DNA of 53,708 bases, taken from NCBI GenBank assembly GCA_003559635.1, contig PWKU01000027.1, positions 1 through 53,708 of the forward strand. Direction: 5' to 3'. The notes beneath the pieces are model-generated. The model did no database searches, was not told the DNA's origin, and worked only from the letters and a program-made list of their open reading frames with translations. Numbering within the stretch: the first letter of the stretch is position 1; each line of letters starts with the position of its first letter. Of this stretch, positions 17,950 through 28,591 are shown one piece after another. The position numbers and the translations under genes are program-made. Source of the DNA: Candidatus Nealsonbacteria bacterium. Its GTDB lineage: Bacteria > Patescibacteriota > Minisyncoccia > Minisyncoccales > PWPS01.

Positions 17950-18510
17950 ATGTCTGAATACAAAAAAATAATTGATAAAATTAAGCCGGAGATGGAAAAA
18001 ACAGTAAAACATCTTACGGATGAAATGAAAAGAGTGAGGGCAGATAGGGCAACGCCATCTCTAGTCGAAGACATTATTGTCGATTGTTTCGACCAAAGAT
18101 TGCCGTTAAAACAATTGGCGGCTATTTCCTGCCCCGAACAAAGGCAGATATTAATTCAACCATGGGACAGAAACTACATTAAGGATATGGTAACCGCTTT
18201 GCAAAAAGCGGAATCGGAGCTTAGTCCTACGGTTGAAAACAATGCTATCCGCATCATTCTTCCTCCGCTTACAGAAGAGTATCGTAAAAGTTTGTTAAGG
18301 CTTTTATCTGGTAAAAAAGAGGAAGCGAGAGTAAATCTCAAAAGGATAAGGGAAGATGCGTGGGGAAAGATTCAGAACAAGTTTCAAGAGGGGGAAATCA
18401 GTGAAGATGATAAGTTCAAAGGAAAAGAAGAATTACAGAAATTAATCGATGACTACAATAAAATGGCGGAGGAGATAATAGAGAAAAGAGAAAATGAGAT
18501 AAAAGGGTAA
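17950..18510 (+). CDS. frr: Ribosome recycling factor
   Basis: RATPSLVE, PLKQLA, IQPWD, LPPLTEEYRK, ISEDD. Confidence 0.96.
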   Translation: MSEYKKIIDKIKPEMEKTVKHLTDEMKRVRADRATPSLVEDIIVDCFDQRLPLKQLAAISCPEQRQILIQPWDRNYIKDMVTALQKAESELSPTVENNAIRIILPPLTEEYRKSLLRLLSGKKEEARVNLKRIREDAWGKIQNKFQEGEISEDDKFKGKEELQKLIDDYNKMAEEIIEKRENEIKG

Positions 18511-18583
18511 ATAATGACGTGGGACTGCCGTAATCATTCGGCTAAACAAAAAACAGTATAAAGAGCTATAAACCAAACAAACT

Positions 18584-19651
18584 ATGCCCAATCTTTTTGT
18601 AATTATATTAAGCCTGATTATTTTGATTTTCCTGCATGAGTTGGGCCATTTTCTGCTTGCTAAAAAATATGGAATTAAGGTGGAAGAGTTTGGCATAGGG
18701 CTCCCGCCGAGGCTTTACGGGAAAAAAGTGGGAGAAACTCTTTATTCAATTAACTGGCTTCCTTTGGGAGGCTTTGTAAAGCTTTACGGGGAAGACAAAA
18801 AAATAGATAATCAGAGAAGCTTTTCTTCAAAACCCATTTACCAAAGAGCTCTTGTTATTTTTGGAGGGGTGGCCGCTTTTTTCGTAATTGCTTTTTTGAT
18901 TTTCTCGGTATATTCGGTGGTGGGGGTGCGGGCTCCTGTAGAAGAAGGAGTTGCTTTGGAGGAAATGAATGACCCGATGATTATTATTACAAAGGCGGTG
19001 AGGGAATCGCCTGCGAGAGAGGTGGGGATAAAGGCCGGAGACATACTGATGGAGATAGATGGTAAGAAAATTGACTCACCATCTCAGGCAGTATCTATTT
19101 TGGAGGAAAAAGAAGGAATAGAGACAAAAATAATGGTTGTTCGAGGACAGGAAGAGAAATCTTTTACGCTAACACCCAGAACGGAATATGAGGAAGGTGA
19201 GGGAGCGGTCGGTATTGGCATGGCAATGACGGATATACAAAAGTACCCGGCATATTACGCCCCGTTACAGGGGGCCAGAATGACTGGTGAAATGACTTTT
19301 ATGGTTGCACAAGGATTTGGTATGTTGCTTCAATCTCTTGTTACGGGAGAGCCTCTTCCGGACGAGATGGAAATTGGGGGACCGGTCGCCATTGTAAATA
19401 TCGGTGCTGGTGCTCTTGGCAGGGGGGTTTCGGATTTTCTTCACTTTTTGGGAGCGATAACCGTTTCGCTGGCAGTCTTAAACATTCTCCCAATTCCCGC
19501 TCTTGACGGCGGAAGATTGATGTTCCTGGCAATAGAAAAGATAAAAGGGTCGCCAATATCGGAGAAGCTGGAGATGGGGCTTAATACGATATTTTTCTTT
19601 TTGTTAATTGGATTAATGCTCTTTGTAACCTTCAAAGATCTCGGTTTATAA
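18584..19651 (+). CDS. rseP: Site-2 intramembrane metalloprotease RseP with PDZ domain
   Basis: HELGH, INWLPLGGFVKL, PDZ SPA..GIKAGD, NILPIPALDGG. Confidence 0.94.
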   Translation: MPNLFVIILSLIILIFLHELGHFLLAKKYGIKVEEFGIGLPPRLYGKKVGETLYSINWLPLGGFVKLYGEDKKIDNQRSFSSKPIYQRALVIFGGVAAFFVIAFLIFSVYSVVGVRAPVEEGVALEEMNDPMIIITKAVRESPAREVGIKAGDILMEIDGKKIDSPSQAVSILEEKEGIETKIMVVRGQEEKSFTLTPRTEYEEGEGAVGIGMAMTDIQKYPAYYAPLQGARMTGEMTFMVAQGFGMLLQSLVTGEPLPDEMEIGGPVAIVNIGAGALGRGVSDFLHFLGAITVSLAVLNILPIPALDGGRLMFLAIEKIKGSPISEKLEMGLNTIFFFLLIGLMLFVTFKDLGL

Positions 19652-19665
19652 CGTATAATTAAAGC

Positions 19666-20718
19666 ATGATTAAAAAAATATTGGAGAAATTTTCTTTGGA
19701 CATCGGGATAGATCTTGGGACAGCGAACTGTTTGGTCTATGTAAAAGGAAAAGGTATTACAATGTCCGAGCCTTCCGTAGTTGCCGTAAATAACAAAACG
19801 GGACAGATTTTGGCAATTGGAGAGGAGGCGCGTAAGATGGTGGGAAAAACGCCGGGACATATTGTTGCGACAAGGCCATTGGTATCGGGAGTGGTTTCGG
19901 ACTTTGATGTGACGGAGCAAATGTTGCGTTACTTTATTGAAAAAGCATATGAAGGAAGTTTTCCGATTCATGCGCGTCCTCGGGTGGTAATCGGAATTCC
20001 CTGCGGAGTTACTGAAGTGGAAAGAAGAGCGGTAGAGGATGCCGGTAAAAATGCCGGAGCGGGAAAAGTTTTTCTTATTGAAGAACCGATGGCCGGGGCT
20101 ATCGGAGTGAGATTACCGATTCAGGACGCAGGAGGTAATTTTGTGGTTGATGTTGGAGGAGGGACTACCGAAGTGGCGGTTATTTCTCTGGGAGGAATAG
20201 TGATCTCACACAGCTTGAGAGTTGCCGGGGACAAGCTTAATGAAGATATCATCAATTTTGCCGAGAAGGAGTATAAACTTCTAATTGGCGAGAGAACGGC
20301 GGAAGACGTAAAGATAAGAATAGGCTCTGCGTGCCCTCTGGAGGAAAAAGCAGAATCTTCTATACGAGGAAGAAATCTGGTTACCGGTCTTCCCGAGGAA
20401 GTAAATGTGAACGATGCGGATATTCGAAAGGCAATGGAAAAATCGGTTAAGGAGATTGTAAAAACAATTAAAGATACCGTTGAAGAAACCCCCCCGGAAC
20501 TTTTGGCTGATATTATGTCTCGAGGGATACATCTTCTAGGCGGAGGAAGCCTTTTAAGGGGTCTTGATAAACTAATTGAGGAAGAGGTAAAGATAAAGAC
20601 GCAAACGGGAGATGACCCCCTTACCGCGGTTGTGCGTGGAGCGGGTTATGCCTTGGAACATATAGGAGGTCATACAGACATTTTCTTAGAAACCAAAGAA
20701 TTTGAGCCGCCTAAATAA
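19666..20718 (+). CDS. mreB: Rod shape-determining actin MreB (copy 2)
   Basis: DIGIDLGTAN, EPSVVA, VTEVERRAV, EEPMAGAIG, DVGGGTTE, TPPELLADI. Confidence 0.96.
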   Translation: MIKKILEKFSLDIGIDLGTANCLVYVKGKGITMSEPSVVAVNNKTGQILAIGEEARKMVGKTPGHIVATRPLVSGVVSDFDVTEQMLRYFIEKAYEGSFPIHARPRVVIGIPCGVTEVERRAVEDAGKNAGAGKVFLIEEPMAGAIGVRLPIQDAGGNFVVDVGGGTTEVAVISLGGIVISHSLRVAGDKLNEDIINFAEKEYKLLIGERTAEDVKIRIGSACPLEEKAESSIRGRNLVTGLPEEVNVNDADIRKAMEKSVKEIVKTIKDTVEETPPELLADIMSRGIHLLGGGSLLRGLDKLIEEEVKIKTQTGDDPLTAVVRGAGYALEHIGGHTDIFLETKEFEPPK

Positions 20719-20740
20719 AATAAGAAAGCAGGCAATTCAT

Positions 20741-21025
20741 ATGATTAAGAAAAAAGAAATAGAGAGAATAGCATTTTTTGCTCGATTACACTTGGATGAC
20801 GAAGAGCAAAAGAGGATGCCAGAAGAGATAGACTCTATTTTACAATACATACAAAGGTTGAGGGATGTTGATATTAACGAAATAGAACCGCTTTTCCATT
20901 TTCCGGAATTAAAGAATGTGGTGCGCGAGGATATTGCAAAAACGGTTGACAGGGAAACACAAAAACAGATGATGGCAATGGGGAAAGACAAGGATGATTA
21001 TCTAAAAGTTGAGTCAATATTATGA
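20741..21025 (+). CDS. gatC: Asp/Glu-tRNA amidotransferase subunit C
   Basis: IAFFARL, ILQYIQRL..VD...IEP, NVVRED; overlaps gatA start; ATG 20741. Confidence 0.9.
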   Translation: MIKKKEIERIAFFARLHLDDEEQKRMPEEIDSILQYIQRLRDVDINEIEPLFHFPELKNVVREDIAKTVDRETQKQMMAMGKDKDDYLKVESIL

Positions 21026-22407
21026 AAACAACGATTAAAGGAGTTCAGGAAAAGATAAAAAAAGGAGAAACCAGCCACGAAGAGGTTTTTTCTTCTTATC
21101 TTGCGAGAATTAAGGAGAGAAATGAAACTACAAACGCTTTTCTTACGGTTTTTGAAAAATCCAAAACAGTGAATGAAGAAAAAAAAGAACTTCCTCTTTA
21201 CGGAGCTTTTTTTGCAGTAAAAGATAATATTTTAATTAAAGAGGAGCGTTGTACCGCCGGGTCAAAAATTCTTGAGCATTATGTCGCTCCTTATACGGCC
21301 ACTGTTGTTGAAAAAATATTGGAAAATGGGGGAGTTGTTGTTGGGAAGACCAACTTAGATGAATTTGCTATGGGGTCTTCTACGGAAAATTCTACATTTG
21401 GACCATCAAGAAATCCGATTGACACAGAAAGAGTTCCGGGCGGTTCCTCAGGCGGATCCGCTGCTGCTATTGCTGACGGAATGTGCAATGCTGGCCTTGG
21501 ATCCGATACGGGAGGCTCTATCAGACAGCCTGCAGCGTTTTGTGGGGTAGTAGGATTTAAACCTACTTATGGGACCGTTTCCAGGAGTGGGGTGATGAGT
21601 ATGTCTTCTTCATTTGACCAAGTAGGACCCTTTACAAATTGTGTAGAAGACGCGGAGACAGTCTTTAATGTCATCTCTGGAAAGGATGAGCGGGATTCAG
21701 TAACGAGTGATCTTATAAAAAAAGAGACCCAAGAGAACTTTAGAGTAGGCATTCTTAAGGAGTATTTTGTTGACGGAATAAATCAAGAAGTAAAAAGAGT
21801 TCTTCAAGAGGCGATTAAAAAAATAGAAAAAGCGGGCTTGGATGTTGTAGAAGTGAGTCTTCCTCACACGGAGTATGCTCTGCCCGCTTACGAGATTATT
21901 ATGGCTTCGGAAGTTTCTACAAATATGGCTCGTTATGATGGTATTCGCTACGGTTTGGAGTTTGACAGACCGGCCGCAAAGACCATGCAAGATGCTTATC
22001 TAAAAAATAGGGGAGAAGGGTTCGGTAAGGAGGTTAAAAGAAGAATTATTCTGGGAACTTACGCTCTCTCTGCGGGATATTATGACGCCTATTATATCAG
22101 GGCGCAAAAAATAAGAACCCTTATTGCGGAAGATTTCAAAAGCGTTTTTAAGAAGGTGGATGTGGTTTTTGCTCCGACAACTCCGACACTTCCGTTTAAA
22201 ATAGGAGAAAAAGTAGAAGATCCTTTGTCAATGCATTTGTCAGACATATTTACCGTGACAGCAAACCTTGCGGGCCTTCCGGCGATTTCTCTTCCTTGTG
22301 GGAAGAGTGGAGATTTCTCCGTTGGAGCTCAGGTTTTGGCGGATAGGTTTTATGAAGATAAATTATTCTTAGCGGCAAAAAAATTTGAAAAAATATGGAA
22401 ATCATAA
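21022..22407 (+). CDS. gatA: Asp/Glu-tRNA amidotransferase subunit A
   Basis: Amidase signature KDN, GKTNLDEFAMGSS, PGGSSGGS, GSDTGGSIRQPA, EVKRRIILG. Confidence 0.97.
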   Translation: MKTTIKGVQEKIKKGETSHEEVFSSYLARIKERNETTNAFLTVFEKSKTVNEEKKELPLYGAFFAVKDNILIKEERCTAGSKILEHYVAPYTATVVEKILENGGVVVGKTNLDEFAMGSSTENSTFGPSRNPIDTERVPGGSSGGSAAAIADGMCNAGLGSDTGGSIRQPAAFCGVVGFKPTYGTVSRSGVMSMSSSFDQVGPFTNCVEDAETVFNVISGKDERDSVTSDLIKKETQENFRVGILKEYFVDGINQEVKRVLQEAIKKIEKAGLDVVEVSLPHTEYALPAYEIIMASEVSTNMARYDGIRYGLEFDRPAAKTMQDAYLKNRGEGFGKEVKRRIILGTYALSAGYYDAYYIRAQKIRTLIAEDFKSVFKKVDVVFAPTTPTLPFKIGEKVEDPLSMHLSDIFTVTANLAGLPAISLPCGKSGDFSVGAQVLADRFYEDKLFLAAKKFEKIWKS

Positions 22408-22940
22408 AAGAAGCGGCACAAGAAGTTTTTGAATACCTTAAAGATCCGACAGTGATTTCTCCCACTTTTGCTATTTTCTGGGAAACTATGAGGGTGATAT
22501 TTCTGACAATATCGGTCTTTTTCTTACTGTTACTTATTTTCTTGGTTTTTGTCAGTAATTACAAGCAGTTACGTTTTTTTGAAGATGTTTTTGAAAGGTA
22601 CACCACAAAGCCGTGGGTTGGGAAGAAAATAGACAAAAGATGGAAAGATATCATTGAACAGTCAAAAAGTGATGACGAAGAGACGAGAAGATTGGCGATT
22701 ATTGAAGCCGATGATATGACTGACGAGGTTTTATCAGATATCGGTTACGAGGGGGAAAATTTACTGGAAAAAACTCTGTTGTTGAACGAGGAAATCATTT
22801 CCAATATGGAAGAAATAAAAGATGCCCACCGAAGAAAAAGGGAGTTTGTCTATAATCCAAATGTCGAGGTTTCCAAAGAAGAGGCGGAGAAGTTGATTTC
22901 CACTTACGAATATCTCCTAAAAGACCTCGAAATTATTTAA
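22395..22940 (+). CDS. Hypothetical membrane-anchored protein
   Basis: One TM segment (VIFLTISVFFLLLLIFLVFV) then helical domain RLAIIEAD...GYEGE...AH. Confidence 0.75.
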   Translation: MEIIKEAAQEVFEYLKDPTVISPTFAIFWETMRVIFLTISVFFLLLLIFLVFVSNYKQLRFFEDVFERYTTKPWVGKKIDKRWKDIIEQSKSDDEETRRLAIIEADDMTDEVLSDIGYEGENLLEKTLLLNEEIISNMEEIKDAHRRKREFVYNPNVEVSKEEAEKLISTYEYLLKDLEII

Positions 22941-23002
22941 AAAAGGTTGACTTTTTCTCATATTGTTATAACATATGGAAGTTAGCTGGAAGATTAACAT
23001 AA

Positions 23003-23073
23003 AGCGGGGTAGTGAAACGGTATCATTTAGGGCCCATAACCCTAAGTTCTAGGTTCGAATCCTGGCCCCGCAA
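23003..23073 (+). tRNA. tRNA-Met(CAT), initiator type
   Basis: A-GCGGGG/CCCCGC-A with 1:72 mismatch, three G-C pairs in anticodon stem TAGGG/CCCTA, TTCGAAT T-loop; no CCA encoded. Confidence 0.92.
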
Positions 23074-23083
23074 CATAAACAAG

Positions 23084-23150
23084 GGCTCGCAGCGCGTGCC
23101 GTCTTATTTTGAGAGATAGTGGAGGTTACGATCCGGAGAGACGGAAAGCC
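23084..23150 (+). ncRNA. Putative structured RNA in the tRNA spacer
   Basis: GGCT/AGCC and CCGTCT/AGACGG enclosing two small hairpins; GC-rich relative to other spacers. Confidence 0.3.
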
Positions 23151-23156
23151 AATTCT

Positions 23157-23231
23157 GCCGGTGTAGCTCAGCTTGGTTAGAGCGGATGCATCATAAGCAT
23201 TAGGCCGGGGGTTCAAGTCCCTCCACCGGCA
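23157..23231 (+). tRNA. tRNA with CAT anticodon, probably elongator Met (Ile2 less likely)
   Basis: GCCGGTG/CACCGGC acceptor, GCTC/GAGC D-stem, GATGC-ATCATAA-GCATT, GGGGG-TTCAAGT-CCCTC. Confidence 0.92.
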
Positions 23232-23273
23232 CATCTGAAAGATTTACTGCGGAGTTTGTTTAAAAGTGTAGTT

Positions 23274-23348
23274 GCAGGCGTAGCTTAGCCGGCTTAAAGC
23301 GCCTCCCTGTCACGGAGGAGATCGTGGGTTCGAATCCCATCGCCTGCG
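23274..23348 (+). tRNA. tRNA-Asp(GTC)
   Basis: GCAGGCG/CGCCTGC acceptor, CCTCC-CTGTCAC-GGAGG, discriminator G. Confidence 0.96.
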
Positions 23349-23355
23349 CCGCAAG

Positions 23356-23381
23356 AACACATGGAAAACATGTGTTTTTTT
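23356..23381 (+). terminator. Intrinsic terminator after the tRNA cluster
   Basis: AACACATG-GAAAA-CATGTGTT-TTTTT. Confidence 0.75.
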
Positions 23382-23394
23382 ATTTCTACGAGGG

Positions 23395-23473
23395 CTTGAC
23401 AAAAAATCGCCCCAAAAACCACTTTTTCCCCTTAAAAACAAAGCGTTGCAGGGTCAGACCCTGCAACGCTTTG
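23395..23473 (+). repeat. Family B repeat, copy 2 (conserved 5' flank plus palindrome 23439-23473)
   Basis: CTTGACAAAAAATCGCCCCAAAAACCACTTTTTCCCCTTAAAAA-CAAAGCGTTGCAGGGTC-A-GACCCTGCAACGCTTTG. Confidence 0.93.
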
Positions 23474-23500
23474 GGTGGGGTTTGTCGGGGGTGGTGGGAG

Positions 23501-23529
23501 TTGCTTTTCTCTTTTTTTTAAGCTAAAAT
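23501..23529 (+). promoter_or_regulatory. Promoter for pheST, possibly giving a leaderless mRNA
   Basis: TTGCTT-17 bp-TAAAAT ending 6 nt before the pheS ATG. Confidence 0.6.
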
Positions 23530-23535
23530 GAGTAT

Positions 23536-24561
23536 ATGACAAGCGGAAAAATTTCCAAGATTAAAGAAAGATTTTTGAAGGAAGTGGAGGAAGAAAAGGA
23601 TGCCGGAAAGAAGAGAAAAATCTGTAAAAAATACATAGAGGAAGACCTAGCCTCTGTTTTTTCTTTGGTTAAAAATTTGTCAGGAGAGAAGAGGGGCGAA
23701 GTGGGGAGAGCGGCCAATGAACTGAGAGAGTTTATCACAAAAAAGATGGAAGGAGAGAAGAGGGAGGAAGTTGCCGAAAAAGCCCGAATAGACGTTACAT
23801 TTCCAGGAACGGAGCCGGACTTAGGGAGTCTTCATCCCTTAACGGTACTTCAGAAAAGGTGCGAAGAGATTTTTCAAAAAATGGGGTTTGTTGTTGCCGG
23901 CGGACCGGAGCTTGAGAATGAATGGTATAACTTTGATGCTCTAAATTTTAAAAAGGATCATCCGGTAAGGGAAATGCAGGACACTCTTTTTGCTAAACAA
24001 AAAGACAGGGGATCTCTCTCCGAAAAAGAGAAACTTTTGATGAGAACACATACATCTCCCGTACAAGTTCGTTATATGGAAAACAGAAAGCCCCCTTTCA
24101 GAATTATTGTTCCGGGAAGAGTTTTTAGAAACGAAACTACGGATAATTCCCATGAGATAAACTTTTACCAGCTTGAGGGGCTGATGGTGGGAGAAGATGT
24201 TTCAATTGCAAACTTCAGAGCGGTTATTGGTTATTTTTTGCAACAGCTTTTCAGGGCTAAGGTTAAATTACGTCTCAGACCGTCCTTTTTTCCTTTCACA
24301 GAACCCTCATTTGAAGTTGATGTCAGTTGCTCAATCTGCGACCAAAAGGGATGTTCCGTTTGCAAACAAACGGGATGGATTGAGATTATGGGCGCGGGAA
24401 TGGTCCATCCTAATGTTTTAAGAAGTGCCAAGGTTGATCCCGATAAATTTACCGGGTTTGCTTTTGGTTGTGGATTGGACCGCATTGCGATGATTGAGCA
24501 CAAGATAGAAAATGTTCGTCTTTTTTACAGTGGAGACCTAAGGTTTCTAAAACAGTTTTGA
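23536..24561 (+). CDS. pheS: Phenylalanine--tRNA ligase alpha subunit
   Basis: GSLHPL, NFDALN..DHP.REMQDT, RTHTSPVQ, FPFTEPS, GAGMVHP, GFAFGCGLDR. Confidence 0.98.
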   Translation: MTSGKISKIKERFLKEVEEEKDAGKKRKICKKYIEEDLASVFSLVKNLSGEKRGEVGRAANELREFITKKMEGEKREEVAEKARIDVTFPGTEPDLGSLHPLTVLQKRCEEIFQKMGFVVAGGPELENEWYNFDALNFKKDHPVREMQDTLFAKQKDRGSLSEKEKLLMRTHTSPVQVRYMENRKPPFRIIVPGRVFRNETTDNSHEINFYQLEGLMVGEDVSIANFRAVIGYFLQQLFRAKVKLRLRPSFFPFTEPSFEVDVSCSICDQKGCSVCKQTGWIEIMGAGMVHPNVLRSAKVDPDKFTGFAFGCGLDRIAMIEHKIENVRLFYSGDLRFLKQF

Positions 24562-24564
24562 TTT

Positions 24565-26565
24565 ATGAAATTTTCATATAACCTTTTACAATCATTTTTT
24601 AAAGAGAAACTTCCTTCTGCGAATGAATTGGCAGAAGCTTTAATGATGCATTTTTTTGAAGTGGAAGAAATCGAAAAACTTGAAAAAGATACGATTTTGG
24701 ACATTGATATATTATCAAGCAGGGCGGGGGATTGTTTTTCACACAACGGGGTTGCACGTGAAATAGCCGCAATTACCGGTAAAAAATATCAGCCTTTTGA
24801 CACGAAAATAAGAGAAAGTAAGCAAGAAATAACGGAACGCATCGAAGCGGATGTAAGAAGCGCTTGTTCCCGGTATACCTTGCGAGCCGTAGATAATGTA
24901 AAAGTGAAAGAGTCTCCTCTTTATATACAGCAAAGACTGAAAACATGTGGGATAAAGCCGATTAACAATATAGTGGATATTACAAACTATGTGATGCTTG
25001 AAACGGGTCAACCATTACACGCCTTTGATGCGGATAAGATAGAAGGAGGTAAAATATTCGTGCGTTATGCAAAAAAGAGAGAGAAAATTGTTACTCTTGA
25101 CGAAAAGAGATATGAGCTAAAAGATAATATTCTAATTATCGCCGATGAGCTTTCGCCTATAGGAATTGCCGGCATAAAGGGAGGAATTGTTCCTGAAATT
25201 GATGCGAACACCAAGTCGATATACTTGGAGGCAGGAAATTTTGATCCAATAACTATACGAAAAGGATCACAAGACCTAAAATTAAGAACGGATGCTTCAC
25301 TAAGATTTGAACACGGAATATCTCCGGAACTCACTCAAATTGCCGTAGATAGAGCGGCCAAACTTATTTCCGAGATTGCGAAAGGCAATGTTGTTAAAGG
25401 CATGATAGACTACTATCCGGAAAAAGCGAAGGAAACGGAAATAAGTTTTAAAATCGATGAACTGCGGAAAGTCTTGGGGGTGGACATATCACTAAAAGAA
25501 GTGGAGAAAATATTGCGGTCTTTGGAGTTTAAAGTGAAAAGAAGCAATGGTTCTTTTTTTGTCATTCCTCCTGTTCTTCGTACGGATATTTTCATTAAAG
25601 AAGATGTATTTGAAGAAGTAGGAAGGATTTACGGCTATGAAAACATTGAAAAATCTGTTCCCGAAGAAAGCGTTATTCCGGCGGAAAAAGAAGAATACTT
25701 TGAAGTAAAAGATTTTTGTAAGAACCTTTGGCAGAGTTTTGGATTCAATGAAAGCTATAATTATTCCTTTATTAATGAAGATGGGGCCAACTGTTATGAC
25801 ATAAAAAAACTTATTGAGATGGAAAAGCCGGTAAGTTTGGAATTTAAATATTTAAGGCCTTCGCTTCTTCTAGGGTTATTAAAAAATGTGGCGGAAAATG
25901 AAAAAAATTATCAAGACATAAGAATTTTTGAACTGGGAAGTGTCTTTTTCAAGGAAGGGATAGAGAGCACAGAGCTCAAAAAGTTATCGGCGGTTTCTAC
26001 GGTTGATGATTTTTATCAGATGAAAGGGAAGATAGATATGTTTTTAAGAAAGTTGTCCGGAAAGAGCGCCTCTTATAAGGAGACGGAGAAGAACAGCGTT
26101 CTAAATACAAGAAGAGCGGCAGAAGTGTTGCTAAATAACGAAGAGATTGGATTCTTAGGGGAAGCTTCACAAGAAATGAAGAAAAAACTAAAAATCAAAA
26201 GAGAAGTGGTTTTATTTGAGATTGATTTTGAGAAGATAGTAGGTGCCTATGAAAGCGTAAAGAAGTATGAACAGATTCTAAAATTTCCATCCTCTGTAAG
26301 AGATATTTCCGTTCTTGTTCCCAAAAATGAGCCTTATTTAAACGTTTTAGAAAAAATCAGCAAGGAGGGTGGGGCTATGCTCAGAAAAGTGGATCTTTTT
26401 GATTTTTATGAGGGGAAGGAGATTCCTAAAAATATGAAGAATTTTGCTTTTCGTTTAATTTTTCAAGCAAAGGATAAAACCCTTTCTTCGAAAGAAGTGA
26501 ACGTCTTGCAAGAAAAAATAATTAAAGCGCTGGATAAAGTGCCGGAATGGAAAGTGAGAAAGTAA
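24565..26565 (+). CDS. pheT: Phenylalanine--tRNA ligase beta subunit (short, no B2 OB domain)
   Basis: GIKPINNIVDITNYVMLETGQPLHAFD, LRTDASLRFE, EEVGRIYGY, FPSSVRDIS. Confidence 0.97.
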   Translation: MKFSYNLLQSFFKEKLPSANELAEALMMHFFEVEEIEKLEKDTILDIDILSSRAGDCFSHNGVAREIAAITGKKYQPFDTKIRESKQEITERIEADVRSACSRYTLRAVDNVKVKESPLYIQQRLKTCGIKPINNIVDITNYVMLETGQPLHAFDADKIEGGKIFVRYAKKREKIVTLDEKRYELKDNILIIADELSPIGIAGIKGGIVPEIDANTKSIYLEAGNFDPITIRKGSQDLKLRTDASLRFEHGISPELTQIAVDRAAKLISEIAKGNVVKGMIDYYPEKAKETEISFKIDELRKVLGVDISLKEVEKILRSLEFKVKRSNGSFFVIPPVLRTDIFIKEDVFEEVGRIYGYENIEKSVPEESVIPAEKEEYFEVKDFCKNLWQSFGFNESYNYSFINEDGANCYDIKKLIEMEKPVSLEFKYLRPSLLLGLLKNVAENEKNYQDIRIFELGSVFFKEGIESTELKKLSAVSTVDDFYQMKGKIDMFLRKLSGKSASYKETEKNSVLNTRRAAEVLLNNEEIGFLGEASQEMKKKLKIKREVVLFEIDFEKIVGAYESVKKYEQILKFPSSVRDISVLVPKNEPYLNVLEKISKEGGAMLRKVDLFDFYEGKEIPKNMKNFAFRLIFQAKDKTLSSKEVNVLQEKIIKALDKVPEWKVRK

Positions 26566-26573
26566 AATTATAA

Positions 26574-28538
<1,965 letters not shown>

Positions 28539-28540
28539 AA

Positions 28541-28569
28541 TTGACAAATAAGCCTTTTTCCAATATAAT
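28541..28569 (+). promoter_or_regulatory. Consensus sigma70 promoter for secE-nusG-rplK
   Basis: TTGACA-17 bp-TATAAT, perfect consensus. Confidence 0.85.
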
Positions 28570-28591
28570 TGGCGGGTAATTTGACAGAAAC

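Noticed and set aside
23074..23156. Hammerhead or HDV-like ribozyme, or SRP RNA, in the tRNA spacer
   Set aside because: The required cores (CUGANGA; HDV nested pseudoknot; SRP GGAA tetraloop with CAGG/AGCA) are not present; kept only as an unknown structured element.
23396..23424. TTGACA in the family B flank as a promoter (also 42827)
   Set aside because: No plausible -10 box at 16-18 bp spacing.
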